This document shows, piece after piece, positions 23,090-35,884 of a stretch of DNA of 64,000 bases. The stretch is from Sphyrna mokarran (taxonomy: Eukaryota): assembly GCA_024679065.1 (NCBI GenBank), contig JAGIQG010000013.1, positions 43,214,001 through 43,278,000 of the forward strand, given 5' to 3'. Made by a program: the position numbers and the translations under genes. Position 1 is the stretch's first letter. Each line of letters starts with the position of its first letter. Under the pieces are notes generated by a model. The model ran no database searches. It worked only from the letters and a program-made list of their open reading frames with translations, and was not told where the DNA came from.

Positions 23090-25960
23090 GAACAGTGAAC
23101 ACTGTTATCAATACTACTTCGAACTTAACTCAAAATTACTTTCTAAAGCCATTCGAATAACACCCACAAAGTCAGACACTAAGAAACTGGAAGACGAGCC
23201 AAATGATCCAAGTACTGTTCCCAAAGACTGTATAAGGGTCGAGATTTCTTGGACCTTCCATTTACTCCTGAAAAGGCTATCTCTTCAAATCGCCTTCAAC
23301 CATTCCATAATTGCAGATGGCCCGTTCAACACAGACATTGCTAATATCTTACATGTAGCCATCTTGATTCTGGATTCTCCCGCTTGTAATCATCATAGAA
23401 TCCCCTAAGGAAGCCATTCAGCCCATCAAGCCTGCACTGACAACATTCCCACCTTATCCCCTAACTCCACACATTTACTCTACTAATCCACCCAAAACTA
23501 GGGTCAATTTAGCATGGTCAGTAATGATTTATAACTCTCGAGTTTCTGTCCATAAACACTCTCTCTCCATTCTCAGCTTGACGATCTTCAGAAATCCAAC
23601 TTACTTAGAAGATCCTTCAGTTATCAAGGGTTTTAAAAATCCTTGCCAGCCCACACAGAATTTCAATTGTATCCTGTTTGAAAGAAATATCTCGTGCTTT
23701 GCAGTCAGTTTATTCTACACACCTTCCCTCATAAGTAACTTTTTTTTTGACTATTTCTATCATTTAGCACCCAGTCACCTTGGTCATGTGATCAGTTACT
23801 AGAAACCGGGTGCTTTTCCAGAAATCATTTCCTAGAGAAGCCTAGTTCTTAAAGAGACCATCACACCACATAGAGGACATGGGTTTTCTTGTAGTCTTCC
23901 CAATCCCCCAAAGGAAAAAGCACATAAGAACATGAGAAATAGAAGCAGGAGTAGTCCATCCAGCCCCTCAAGCCTGCCCTGCCATTCAATAAGATCATGG
24001 CTGATTTGAAATGGATCAGTTCCACTTCCTCGCTTTATCCCCATAACCCTTAATTCCCTTGCTTATTAGAAACCTATCCCCCGTGACTTAAATATATTCA
24101 GCAAAGTAGCCTCCACCACTTCAACTGGCAGAGAATTCCAAAGATTCACCACCCTTTGAGTGAAGAAGTTCTTCCTCAACACTGCTCTAAACCGTCCTGC
24201 CACCCTTTCTAAGCGGGAAGAATTTCTTTATCTCTACCCTATCCATCCCCTTCATTATCTTATATGTCTCTATAAGATCCCCCCTCAACTTTCTAAACTC
24301 CAACGAATACAAACCTAATCCAATCAATCTCTCCCAATAGGTTAACCCCTCATCTCCAGTATCAGTCTAGTGTACCTTCTCTGCACTCCCTCCAAGGCCA
24401 ATATATCCTTCTGCAAATGTGGCGACCAAAACTACACACAGTACTCCAGCTGCAGCCTCACCAGCACCTTGTAGAGTTGCAACAGAACCTCCCTACTTTT
24501 ATATTCTAACCCCCTCACTATAAAGGCCAACATCCCATTCACCTTCTTGATCACCTGCTGCACCTGTAGACTGGGTTTTAGCGATTCATGCACAAGGACT
24601 CCCAGGTCCCTCTGCACTGTAGCATGCTGCAGCTTTTCGCCTTTTAAATAATAATCCCTCTTACTATTATTTCTACCAAAGTGGAGAACCTCATACTTAC
24701 TAACATTATACTCCATCTGCCAGATCCTCGTCCACTCACTCAACCTATTCAGATCTCTCTGCAGACTTTCCACACCCTCCATGCAATTTGCTTTTCCACT
24801 CATCTTTGTATCATCAGCAAATTTCATTACCCTACACTCAGCCCCTTCCTCCAGATCATCTATGTAAATGGTAAACAGTTGAAGTCCCAGCACCGATCCC
24901 TAGGACACTCCACTAGTCACCAACTGCCAACCAGAATAGCACCCATTGATTCCTACTCTCTGTTTCCTATTAGACAACCAATCCTCTATCCACGCTAACA
25001 CTTTACCCCCAACTCCTTGCACCTTAACCTTTTGCAGCAATCTTTTGTGAGGCACCTTATCAAACACCTTTTGGAAATCTAAAAACACCACATCCATCAG
25101 TTCCCCTCTATCTACCACACTAGTCACTTCCTCATAGAAATCCAATAAATTTGTCAAACACGATTTCCCCTGAATGAATCTGTGCTGTGTCTGCTTGATC
25201 AAACCATTCTTTTCTGGATGCCTTGCTATTTCTTCTTTGATGAGGGATTCAAGCATTTTTCCCACTACAGACATTAAACTAACCGGCCTATAATTCCCTG
25301 CCTTTTGCCTGCTACCTTTTTTAAACAGCGGCATAATATTAGCCATTTTCCAATCTTCCGGCACTTCTCCGGAGTCCAGCGAATTTTGATAAACATCACA
25401 CTTGTTATAACCAGAGAATTACTTGCAATGCTTTTTTTTCCCTCCTCCCATTACCTCTGGAATTTTTCAAGGCTATATCTTTGACTTGTTAAATCTCTCA
25501 TCAAGTTGCAGCCTCAAGTGACATTACCCAAAAACAGAATCAACTTCCACAGGGACGCTACCAACACCCAACTTTCTATTTTAATTGTTAACTGTCTTTA
25601 AATTGTCAGACTGTTCAAGTTACCCTGACTCCTCATGGTTTTGAGCTTAACATATAAACTTTTCTCTTCAACTCCGTGAAACATTTATTTGGAAGTTGAG
25701 GTATAGCATTTGAGGCGCGGTCCACTTTAGCTTTCACTACTTCATAGAAGTTGATGAGGCAGATTTTCCCCTTCTGATATCATACTGATTGTAGTTTATA
25801 AAGTTGTGAGAAAGAAACCTTCAAACTTACTCTTGCTAATTCTGAAATCAGCTTTGGGCATCTTTTTAATGGCTTCAGTTTTAATAGAATTCTTGCTTGT
25901 GAAAGTTTATTGCAAAGACCTCTTTCAAACTATACAATTTTCACACATCAATAACATTTT
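23090..25960 (-). mobile_element. Old L1/Tx1-like ORF2 remnants interrupted by a SINE (about 23395-23520) and by the CR1 above
   Basis: The minus-strand frame near 23190-23360 reads ...AIMEWLKAI...YSLWEQYLDHL, like an L1 ORF2 C-terminus; highly decayed. Confidence 0.4.
23922..25392 (-). mobile_element. CR1-clade LINE, 5'-truncated, RT largely readable
   Basis: ORFs 24900-25364 (NYRPVSL, DFQKVFDKVPH) and 24432-24893 (KFADDTK); cataagaacat tail. Confidence 0.95.
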
Positions 25961-26157
25961 AAAAACTTATTATTTGACCTCCATTCAAAATTAATACAGC
26001 AAATAACAATTCAGAGCTGTGTGGCCCACACAGTCTCAATCCATGTCTCAGTGTTCTGTAGGATTATACTTTGAAACTATTATAGGCTATATCGTCACGG
26101 CACAGAATCGTCCTGAAGCCACATGCCTAGGAAGACATGATAAAAATATAGACTTAC

Positions 26158-26312
26158 CTTGTCATACATTTGTGGCTGCTTTGGACCAATGTATCTGCCA
26201 TCCTGGTTAGTCACAGAAATTATGTTCATTAATTCCTCAGGTACAAAAGATTCAAGTGCTTGCTTTAGCCGTTTGTATCGCAAACTGTCATATTCATTGC
26301 AAAGTAAATGAC
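26158..26312 (-). CDS. NSUN3: NSUN3 coding exon 4 (HLLCNEYDSLRYKRLKQALESFVP...DGRYIG...MYDK)
   Basis: 155 nt, phase 1 to 0, donor AAG|gtaagt; CNEYD and DGR motifs. Confidence 0.94.
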
Positions 26313-28476
26313 CTTTTTTAAAAAAAGACAAATAAATGTGAGATTGACCATGTGAGTAACTACTTGTGCTGCAACCAACACTAGTGAAGGGTAATAATTA
26401 GAAAACAATTACAAGTATGGCAATAATAAAACTAAAACCCCTGGTGTGTCTGTCCTCCCAAGGACACTGTGACATATCTGCCTTGTCCCACTAGTAAGAC
26501 TCTCATTTCTGTGCCAAAATGCTTGGGTACGAGCTCCACTCGAGAGACTGAGCATAATCCAGGCTGAAGGTTCAGTGCTACACCATTAGTAACATTAAAT
26601 TTACAAGACTGTCTGCTCATCAGGTGGGCACAAAAGATTCCTTAGTACTATTTGGAGATCTAGTCAATATTTAACCTTAACCAAAATATATTATTTGAGT
26701 GCAAACTGGCTGCAGTGTTTCCTCTCAGCCACAACTATGACCATGCTCCATAGGTTTCATGGGTTCTTTGGACACAATTAGATAGTGAATGGTGCTGCAT
26801 AAGTGCAAAGATATTTTCAATACTTTCACAAGATGCGAGTGTCACTGACTAAGTCAACATTTAATGCCCACCCCTAATTGCCCTTGAGAAAGTGAGCTGC
26901 CTTCTTGTTAAAATAAGCCTAATTACACATTGCAATGATGTTACTGTGAAAATCTCCAAGTCACCATACTTGGCGCCTGTCGGACTATATCAAGGAGAAT
27001 CTATCATGGCTAATTCACCCCAACTTGCACTTCTTTGGACTGTAGAAGGAAACCGGAGCACCCAGAGGAAACCCACACAGACATAGAGAGAACGTGCGAA
27101 TTCCACACAGACAGCAACCCGAGCCGGGAATCAAACATAAATCCCTGGTGCTGTGAGGCAGCAGTACTAACCACTGTGTCAGCCCATCTGTTACATCTGC
27201 CGTGTACTTGCCCACTCACTCAACTTGTCTAAATCACCTTGAACCTTCTTAATCTCCGCCTCGCCACCCACATTCCCACCAAGTTGTGTGCTGTTAGCAA
27301 ATCATGTATAGAAAGGAATATGGAAATATTACATTTGATTTCCTCATCCAAACCATTGATACGGATTGTGAATAGACACAGCAATTCCCAGTAGTACATA
27401 ATAAAAATGTTTATACATTTGTAGGAAATTCATGAACGTAAGAATTCATATAAACATAAATAAATTGTACTACTGTTGTTACCATCCAAGATATTTGACA
27501 ACAAGCTAGTTTTTCAATTACCAAAATTGCCATACTGTTCTGAAATATAGGTCTTCCCAAGTTAGACTTTGTGCTGTACTACACTGTCAACTCAAAAACT
27601 ACTGTTGAGACACACATACCATTCATTGTAAATGTCTTAATCTGGCATAAACAATAGACACATAGTGAGCCAATCATGGTGCAGATAAATTCCTTTGGCT
27701 CTACCTAAACTTTTATCATATCCCTAACCTTGAAAGGATAATGGTACTTCTTTTCCTTTACTTGTTCAATGCACGATTTTTTTTTTAAAAAATGCCTTCT
27801 GTCCCTCAATTGAACCGTCCTTTGTGCCATTGCTGCCAATGGGGATGGACAAGTCTTCTTACAGATAAGTATCAATTCAACACAAATTCTCTTTCGTTCA
27901 GGGACACTGGATAACCTGTGCCCAACACACCTTTGATTTGACAAACACTGAATAGAATGGCAATAAAAGCAATAATTGTCTGACTCCACTACTGTGAATA
28001 TAGTTTCAACATGCTATACTAGTAGAAAGTTCTTATTCAATGATTAAAAATTAACCATCATGAAACACTGTTTATGCTAAAGGCACTATGCAAACACAAC
28101 TGCTCTTGTACACAAGCAAAACCAGCTGTCTGTATATCTAAAATATGCAATTGTGTTATAAATAGTTGGTTGGATACATTTCATTAAAGTGTTCTTTGCT
28201 TGTTTGCTGTTCTGCCATGGACCTTTCCCCTCCCAATCCTTCACTTATGCCTCGCTTGAACTAGCATAGCTAGAAGGATACAGATTTTCACTTCATAACA
28301 AGGAAGTGTCACACTCTATTGCCCACAATCATCATCCTTGACTTGAAACAAAATTCCCTATGTATGACACATTATGGCCACTCTTGTTGTAGAATTATAT
28401 CCATTAGACAGAATTGTCTAATACTGAACCCAGGTTCCATTCAATTACTCGATTCTTTGAACAGTATTGTCAGTAC

Positions 28477-28820
28477 GGCTCAGTTAATAGCAAACTAGCC
28501 TCTGAATCATAAGGTTGTGGGTTCAAGTCCCACTCCTGGGCTTAAGTACATAAAATCAAGACTTGACACTTTGCCATCCTTCAGCTGAGGCATTAAACAA
28601 AGGCCCATTCATCTACTCAGGTGAATATAAATGATCCCATGGCAATACTTGAAAAGGGACATGGATTTATTCCCCACGTCCTGGATAACATTTACCCACT
28701 AATCAACATCAATAAAACATCAGACAGCCATTCTCACATTGCTGTTTGACAGAGACTATTGTAGGAATATTCGCTACTGCTTTTCCTGCATTACAACAGC
28801 AACTACAATTCAAAAAGTAC
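28477..28820 (+). mobile_element. Deu-domain SINE (SacSINE1/AmnSINE-like)
   Basis: tRNA head ggctcag...gggttcaagtccc plus Deu core atgatcccatggca...cacattgctgtttg; older relatives near 17560-17830, 26470-26810 and 37925-38110. Confidence 0.7.
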
Positions 28821-28935
28821 AGATCGAATAAACTTTATCCACAAATCTGAAAACCAAACATATCTAGAAATGAACATTTTCTGAATCTCATCGACCTTTA
28901 GTGCAGGAGGTCTAGTTGCTTGCAATGTTTAACAG

Positions 28936-29452
28936 CATGGTGGTATAGTGGTTAGCACTGCTGCCTCACAGCACCAGGGATCCGGGTTCGATTCCTGGCT
29001 TGGGTCACTGCCTGTGTAGAGTTTTCATGTTCCCCTTGTGTCTGCGTGGGTTTCTTCTGCGTGCTCCGGTTTCTTCCCACAATCAAAAGATGTGCGGGTT
29101 AGGTGGATTGGCCATGCTAAATTACCCCAGGGTTAGGTTAGGCAATTGAAGTGACATTCTATTGCTTGCTGTCACACAGATCCTAAATCCCTTTAGACGA
29201 CACCATGGTGTTTCACGCTCACTGGTTTGCCACTGACAAAATCCAAGCCAATACCTCAAACAGACCTTTACAGATGCAAGAAATCTAACTTCTTTGTCAA
29301 CATACAATTTCTATTTGAAGATCACAGCATTCTCTTTCATTACGAAGAAGTAGAGTAAATGCATGGGGTTGTGCCAGTGGGACCTGGTGGAATTATGCTC
29401 AGTGCAGACTTGATGGGGCGAATGGCCTCCTTCTGCACTGTAGGATTATATA
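28936..29452 (+). mobile_element. HE1-type tRNA SINE carrying an internal insertion of about 200 bp
   Basis: A/B boxes (tggtatagtggttag, ggttcgattcc), V-SINE core tgtctgcgtgggtttc, CR1-like tail. Confidence 0.88.
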
Positions 29453-29784
29453 ATTTACACAAAAATATTAAAGCAGAAAATATGTTTAAAAGTAGCTACA
29501 GAAAAGTCTAGATACTAATTAAGAATGGAATCTCCATTCAACCAGTTTGATCATCTATTCCAAAATTGAGATTTATATTGGAACATGACCTGAATTTTGG
29601 AGTAGGAATGGCAGAGAAGTTATCAGTGCTCGCCATTATCGAAGAGGAAATCAGACAGCAACATCCAATGTGTACAAATGCACAGTTAAACACAGAAACT
29701 CACAAATTGCTCAGTTGCCTGGCTTCTCCAAAAGCTTCAACACACCGTTTGCTTGCCAAGAGATTCGGCTTTTACATATCACAG

Positions 29785-30116
29785 AATCATAGAACCCTAC
29801 AGTGCAGAAAGAGGCCATTCGGACCATCGAGTCTGCACCAAACACAATCTCACTCAGGCCCTAACCCCATACGCCTATATATTATATCCACTAATCCCTC
29901 TCACCTAGACATCCCTGGATACTAAGGAGCAATTTCTCAGCCTAGCCAATCAACCTAACTCGCATATCTTTGGACTGTGAGAGGAAACTGGAGTACCCAG
30001 AGGAAACCCATGCAGACACAAGGAGAATATGCAAACTCCACACAGGCAGTGACCAGAGCGAGGAATCGTGCCCAGGACCCTGGAACTGTGAAGCAACAGT
30101 GCTAACCACTGTGCTA
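29785..30116 (-). mobile_element. HE1-type tRNA SINE
   Basis: Reverse-complement full-length copy, from the agaatcatagaa tail to gtgctaaccactgtgcta. Confidence 0.88.
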
Positions 30117-30460
30117 CTGTGGAGGACAATAAAATTACAATTCCTGCCACTTAGATATCAATCCAAACATGGCAGAAAGTTAAAATTTGCCAATTCAAAT
30201 TTAAGTGATTTTTTTTAAATTTGATAAGATTTAATTACTATCAAACTCCTCTCTGGCATTGAAAATTTACTTTTCAGGTGTGATATTCTTTCAGAATTGA
30301 ATTGTTGTTGGGAGGGTTTGAGAAAAAGATTTTTTATTTTTATCTTTTTCTTATCTCATTCTTCATTCCATTTCCTTCCTCTATTTTGTTTGTGTGTCTG
30401 ATTTTATATAGTCTAACTTGCAATTCCTGTTTTAGACTCTGGATGCCTTACTAAGGATTT

Positions 30461-30667
30461 AATTGAAGTGACACTGTGTTGCTTGCTCTGTCACACAGAT
30501 ACTAAATCCCCTTTAGAGGGCACCATGGTGTTTCAGATTCACAACACTCATTGGTTTGCCACTGACAAAATCCAAGCTGATGCCTCAAATAGACTTTTAC
30601 AAGTAATCTAACATCTTGTCAATATACAATTTCTATTTAAAGGCCACAGCATTCTCTTTCATTAGAA
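30461..30667 (+). repeat. Direct repeat, likely donor of the copy at about 29144-29346
   Basis: aattgaagtgaca...ggtttgccactgacaaaatccaagc...cacagcattctctttcatta is present twice. Confidence 0.9.
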
Positions 30668-32230
30668 ATAACTAAATTTGCATTCATATGTACCATAGAT
30701 GATCCTGTTTGTAAGCAGTTCACAGAAAGGATATTTTGCAGTTAAACGTTTTCTAAAGTAAATAGTCAGCCATATTTTTTACGAAGGTTAGTTTATGTTT
30801 ATGTCTATTTTCTGTCGCAGAGTCAGCTTAAATTTATTGTTTCTTCTTTTAGCAATTTCTAATTGTTTTGTCCCATTTATGATCTTTTGAACTTTACTGG
30901 ATTAATTGTCTTGTTCTTTATGACACCGCTTCAAAGTCTCTTTGTTTAAGTAGCTGGTTAACCCCCTCAAATTGACAGTTTGTTAGACAGGTTTGGACGC
31001 TTTTTTGTAAACATAGTGTATCCTAATCTCAAATAATCTAATTCTAGCCTATTCCAATGATTTGCACCTCAAAAACAAGCAAAGAAATTGCACAGAAACA
31101 CTGCTCATGTCAAAACAGTGGGAGCACTTGGTGAAAATCCTCCAGCCATAATGAGTGGTTCCATCCTAACCAAGCAGCACAAGCAATCATCCAATGAGAC
31201 CAACTAACTTTTCCAGAGATTGGCTCTTTTGCTCACACTTCAGGGTTTTTGTTTCTCACTTATTATTCAGGCCTGCACGATAATAGAACCATTACATGTA
31301 CAACATAGGTATTATTTTAAGATACTGGCTGAAGCTGGTACTCAGTTCAGCAACAAGCAGTAGAGTAAATGTAAGCAAGCATAAGCAAAACCAGTTCATT
31401 TTCTAATATTAGAAGAGAGTGGTGTGGAAGTATCAACTCTCTTTTATCAGTAAGGTACATTCATGAATAAATTTACAAGAATGCACTTCCTGGGCACCTT
31501 TTCAAATTTGATTTTGCACCAGGTTGCAGTTATATCCAAAGCTCCAAGCGGTGGGGTCCATTAACTAGTGATCGTCTGGCACCTATTAGGAGCAATGCAG
31601 CTGTCAAGCCACTAACCAGAACCTCAAGTTAGGGAGTTTTACCGTTGGTGGGATTGGTGTCTGGCAGGGGCTTCCTGCCACAAGGAGATGGGAAACAAAA
31701 TTAAATATTTCAATTGATCATTAATGGTCATTTTACCAGGTAAGGAGATTTTTTTTTATTCAAAGGAGGATGCAGGTAGGGAAGGCAGCCCCAACCTCAA
31801 GATCCTGGTAATAACCTCAGAGGCGTTTCTGCTTCATGGTATCATCGGTATTGTTTTATATATAAATGTTTCTTTAGCCAGGTGGCGTTGCTGAACTGCT
31901 GGCCCTCTGATTGCGCCAACAGCTCTAGGGAGAGGGTGACCACGCTTCACAAAACAGCAATCCCACCAGGAGCTGTTGCCTGTAAAATTCAAGGAGTCCA
32001 AATGCATTTCAAGCCACTTGTTTCCAAACAAAATACATCACTTTTTTCACTTTTTTTAGAAATTGCTTCTCATTTACTGAAACATGATGCATAGGACCAC
32101 TAAAATGGAACATGAACAACAGATGGAAAAATTAATACCACCTCAGCTTGCAGCAAATTGCATGCATGGCAATTCTGAAAAGTGAAACCATGGCATGACC
32201 TTGGGAACCACATAGAATAACAAACATTAC

Positions 32231-32574
32231 CTGGTGTGGCATACTGCATTATTGCCACAGACTTCCCTCCAGGGGCAGCACACATATCGAGCACACTCTC
32301 GCCATCTCGTACATTCAATGCAAGGACAGGCAACAAAGAGGCTGCATTCAGAAGATAATACTGCTTCAACCTTTCAGCATGGTGTCGAAGTCTGGGAAGC
32401 CGGCACTGGACGTTGCCGATATAACATCGTAAAGAACGCTGGGCAAAAGGCAAAACATCTGGTAGGAAATTGGAATATCCCTGAGATTGAAGGCACTGTT
32501 CAAATGTCACACATTGGCTAAACTTGTTCACAAGCACTGCATACTGCCAGCTGGAAGGAAGCAGGAGCACTTCT
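32231..32574 (-). CDS. NSUN3: NSUN3 coding exon 3 with SAM-binding motif I (VLDMCAAPGGKS)
   Basis: tttcag|A acceptor and G|gtaatg donor; 344 nt; YYLLNAASLLPVLAL and VLDMCAAPGGKS are NOL1/NOP2/Sun-family motifs. Confidence 0.96.
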
Positions 32575-33146
32575 CTGAAAGACAACCAAACGAGATAAAT
32601 CAGTGCAAGTTAAACTGTTACAGCACTGTAACAGGAGCAGGGGAATGTTGTTGGAGCAGGAAGCTTGAAATTTGACCTAAAATCTGAGATGAAAGGAATG
32701 ACTGATATCTAGATATTCAATATTTCCACAATTTAATCATGATTATAAGAAGATAGAGATTATGTTTTCTCCACGAGATTATATGCTGTTGTGTTGCACA
32801 AAGTGCATTTTGGAATATGCCCTTGCTGGAGCAGCTCAATTCTCTGCTGAGTGGTTAACAAAAGGATTATATGCTGGCAATCTCAAATAAAAATCAAATC
32901 AATAATATTTAAATGTCCAAATTCAGCAAGTTAGACAGCAACATAAGGCATTCTATTTGCCCAATGAGGACTGTACCTTGTCTTTTTCTAAACATACATC
33001 CAAATTCCAAAGGACAGAAAACTTTATTGGTTAGCAGAGCCATTTCTTGGCGGCCCAAGTGAGTGCAAGGCTGCTGTTGAAGAATAACCAGCTAAAAAGA
33101 TGCTGTCTATCAGTGCAGAGCACTATAAGCACTCTGTTACATTGGT

Positions 33147-33475
33147 ACGGTAGCACTATGGTTAGCACTGCTGCTTCACAGCTCCAAGGACCAAGGTACG
33201 ATTTCCAACTTGGGTCAGTGTGGAGTTTGCATATTCTCCTCATGTCTGCGTGGGTTTCCTCCAGGTGCTTTGGTTTCCTCCCACAGTCCAAAAATGTGTG
33301 GGTTAGGTTGATTGGCCATGCTAAAATTGCCCCTTAGTGTCCTGAGATGCGTAGGTTAGGGGGATTAGCAGGTAAATATGTAGGGATATGGGATTAGGGC
33401 CTGAGTGGGATTGTGGTCAGTGCAGACTTGATGGGCCAAATGGTCTCTTTCTGCGCTGTACGGTTTCTATGATTT
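33147..33475 (+). mobile_element. HE1-type tRNA SINE
   Basis: ggttagcactgctgcttcacagc...ggccatgctaaaattgcccctt...tttctatgatt. Confidence 0.88.
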
Positions 33476-35130
33476 TTATTGTCCATTCTTAAGTACCGGC
33501 TTGCAAGGTCATCTGGAGCCAAATGTAAAAAATTGTGCCCTCATTGATAGGTGTCTAGGTCTCCAATGAGTCCTTCAGTGTCCACAGTGGCTGATTAATT
33601 ATCAAAAAGCTCTTGAGGACTGCAAAACTGCTGATCTTACTAACTCTGCTCTGAAAAGTGAAGAATTTCATACTTAGAGTTTTGCAGCAGTCTCATCCCT
33701 AAAGAGATCCTGCTAGCCTACCTCTTCCTTGAGCATATCATCAAGTATTATCCTTAGAAATTCACAGACATGGTTGAGCCTTCATTGCGCACATATTTAT
33801 ACCAGAAGCTGAAGTTCTGAGAAATGCTCCAAACTCTGGTCTATAAGCAACAGTTCTACTAAGTGAAGCAAGTTCATGCTTCAGGCTATGAACAATGAAA
33901 TAAAATGGTATATATTTTTTCTTCTCAACAATTCCAACCTTAAAACAGTAGTGTCAATTCTCATGGCTAGGGTAATTGTAACTATAATCGCATTATGAAA
34001 TTCTTATTAGACTCCTTTCATACAAAGTTAAAAGCACATTGGTGAAATATAGCAGATATATTACATATAATTTACAAGCTGGCATCCTAACCTAAAAACT
34101 ATACATCATCTTTGTTTAGTTACACATTATTTCAAAATATACAAAAAGGCAAAATACGCCAATACTTATTGATAGAAAAACAACATAGACATTAAATAAT
34201 TTGGTAACTAAGAATGTAATCATTAGACCAGAACTAAAAATAGCTTGGTAGATTATATCATAAGTTCCATAAATTCATTACCTTGTGCATGCATATTTAT
34301 ATTGTACAACTGCAAATAGACAAGGCAGTAGTAACGATATGGTATTCTCGTCATAAGGCTTTTAACAGACGAAGCTCAACAAAATCATTTTGCCAGCAAC
34401 TCTAGTGTTTTCTCCTAACCCACTATAATCAGTAGTTTCTTTCAGTAGAATTAAAGTCTCGTGTACAGAGTATCAATTACTCTGGATTCTTACTAAATTA
34501 CAGTGTCCGTATATACACACATATATAATGCACAATTAAGGACAGAAATTTTTAAGTTACTACCAAAGATATACTCATTTATAGGCACACTCTTGTAATC
34601 TTTGCAAATGGAACTAGGCCAGAATCATGATTCGATTACAATCACAACTGAACAATCTCTCTGGCACCAGAATATTTTTTTTAATGTGGACTCACAGTCC
34701 CTTGAAGTAAATGTTGTAGATTTATTTTAAAATTAAAGTTTTTTAGAAGTTTATGTTTTCTTATTAAAGTTTCTCTGCTAATCCCATATTTTGTCTTGTT
34801 TGTTCTATACCATGATTTAAATGCAATTTGTATTTACTGCTTTTTGCAGTATTTCTCAATTCAATTGGTTGATTAGCCTCTCTGCCTTGGCCACAGACCC
34901 AAAGATGCTCTGGCAAATGTGACAGCTTAAACTAGTATTGGAGGAGAGGAAAGAAAGATAAAGTAAGGTGATGACAGCAGCTTTTTGAATTGAATGGTGA
35001 GTGTTCTTTCACCAATGACCACAAAACTCTAACCTATGTAAGCATTTATAACACATCAAGCACAGTAAAATGGAGCATTTTATCTGATCTGGAAGAAATT
35101 TTCAAATAGTTGCAAGATCCAATTGACCAC

Positions 35131-35884
35131 AGAACATAGAACAGCACAGCACAAGAACAGGCCCTTCAGCCCATGGTATTGTGCCAAATATGACACCAAA
35201 TTAAAATAATCCCTTCCCTTCGTTCATATCCCTCTATTCCTTGCATATTCATGTGCTTATCTAAAAACCCTTTAAACGCCCTTATCGTATCTGTCTTCAC
35301 CACCACGTCTGGCAGCATGGTCCAGACATCAACCACTCTGTGTAAAAAGCTTGCCCCTCACATCTCCTTTGAACTTTCCTCCTTTCACCTTAAGTGCATA
35401 CCCCTTAGTATTAGACATTTCAACTCTGGGAAAATGATTCTGACTGTTAACCCTACCTATACTTCTTTTATAGATTTCCTTTAGCCTCTACTGCTCCAGA
35501 CCCAACAACCCTACTTTGTCTGGCCTCTCCTTATAACTCATATCCTTTAATCTAGGCAGCATCCTGGTAAATCTCTTCTACACCCTCTCCAAATCCTCCA
35601 CATTCTTCCTGTAATGAGGCGACCAAAACTAAATGCGCGCATAAACTCTTATGTGCGCTAACAAAAGTTTTATAAAGCTGCAACATGACATCCTGACTCT
35701 TGTACTCAATGCCCTGACCAATAAAGACAAGCCTGTCATACACCCTCTTTACCACATATTTACTTGCGTGGCACTTTCAGGGAGCTATAGGCTTGAACCC
35801 AAGATCCCTCTATACATCAGTGCTGTTCAAGGTCCTGCCATTAACTATATATTTACCCTTAATATTTGATCTCTCAAAGTGCTG
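35131..35884 (-). mobile_element. CR1-clade LINE 3' fragment
   Basis: GIEYKSQDVMLQLYKT remnant; catagaacatagaac tail. Confidence 0.88.

Noticed and set aside
28477-28545. tRNA-like A/B boxes here and at other SINE heads
   Set aside because: No cloverleaf; they continue into SINE bodies.
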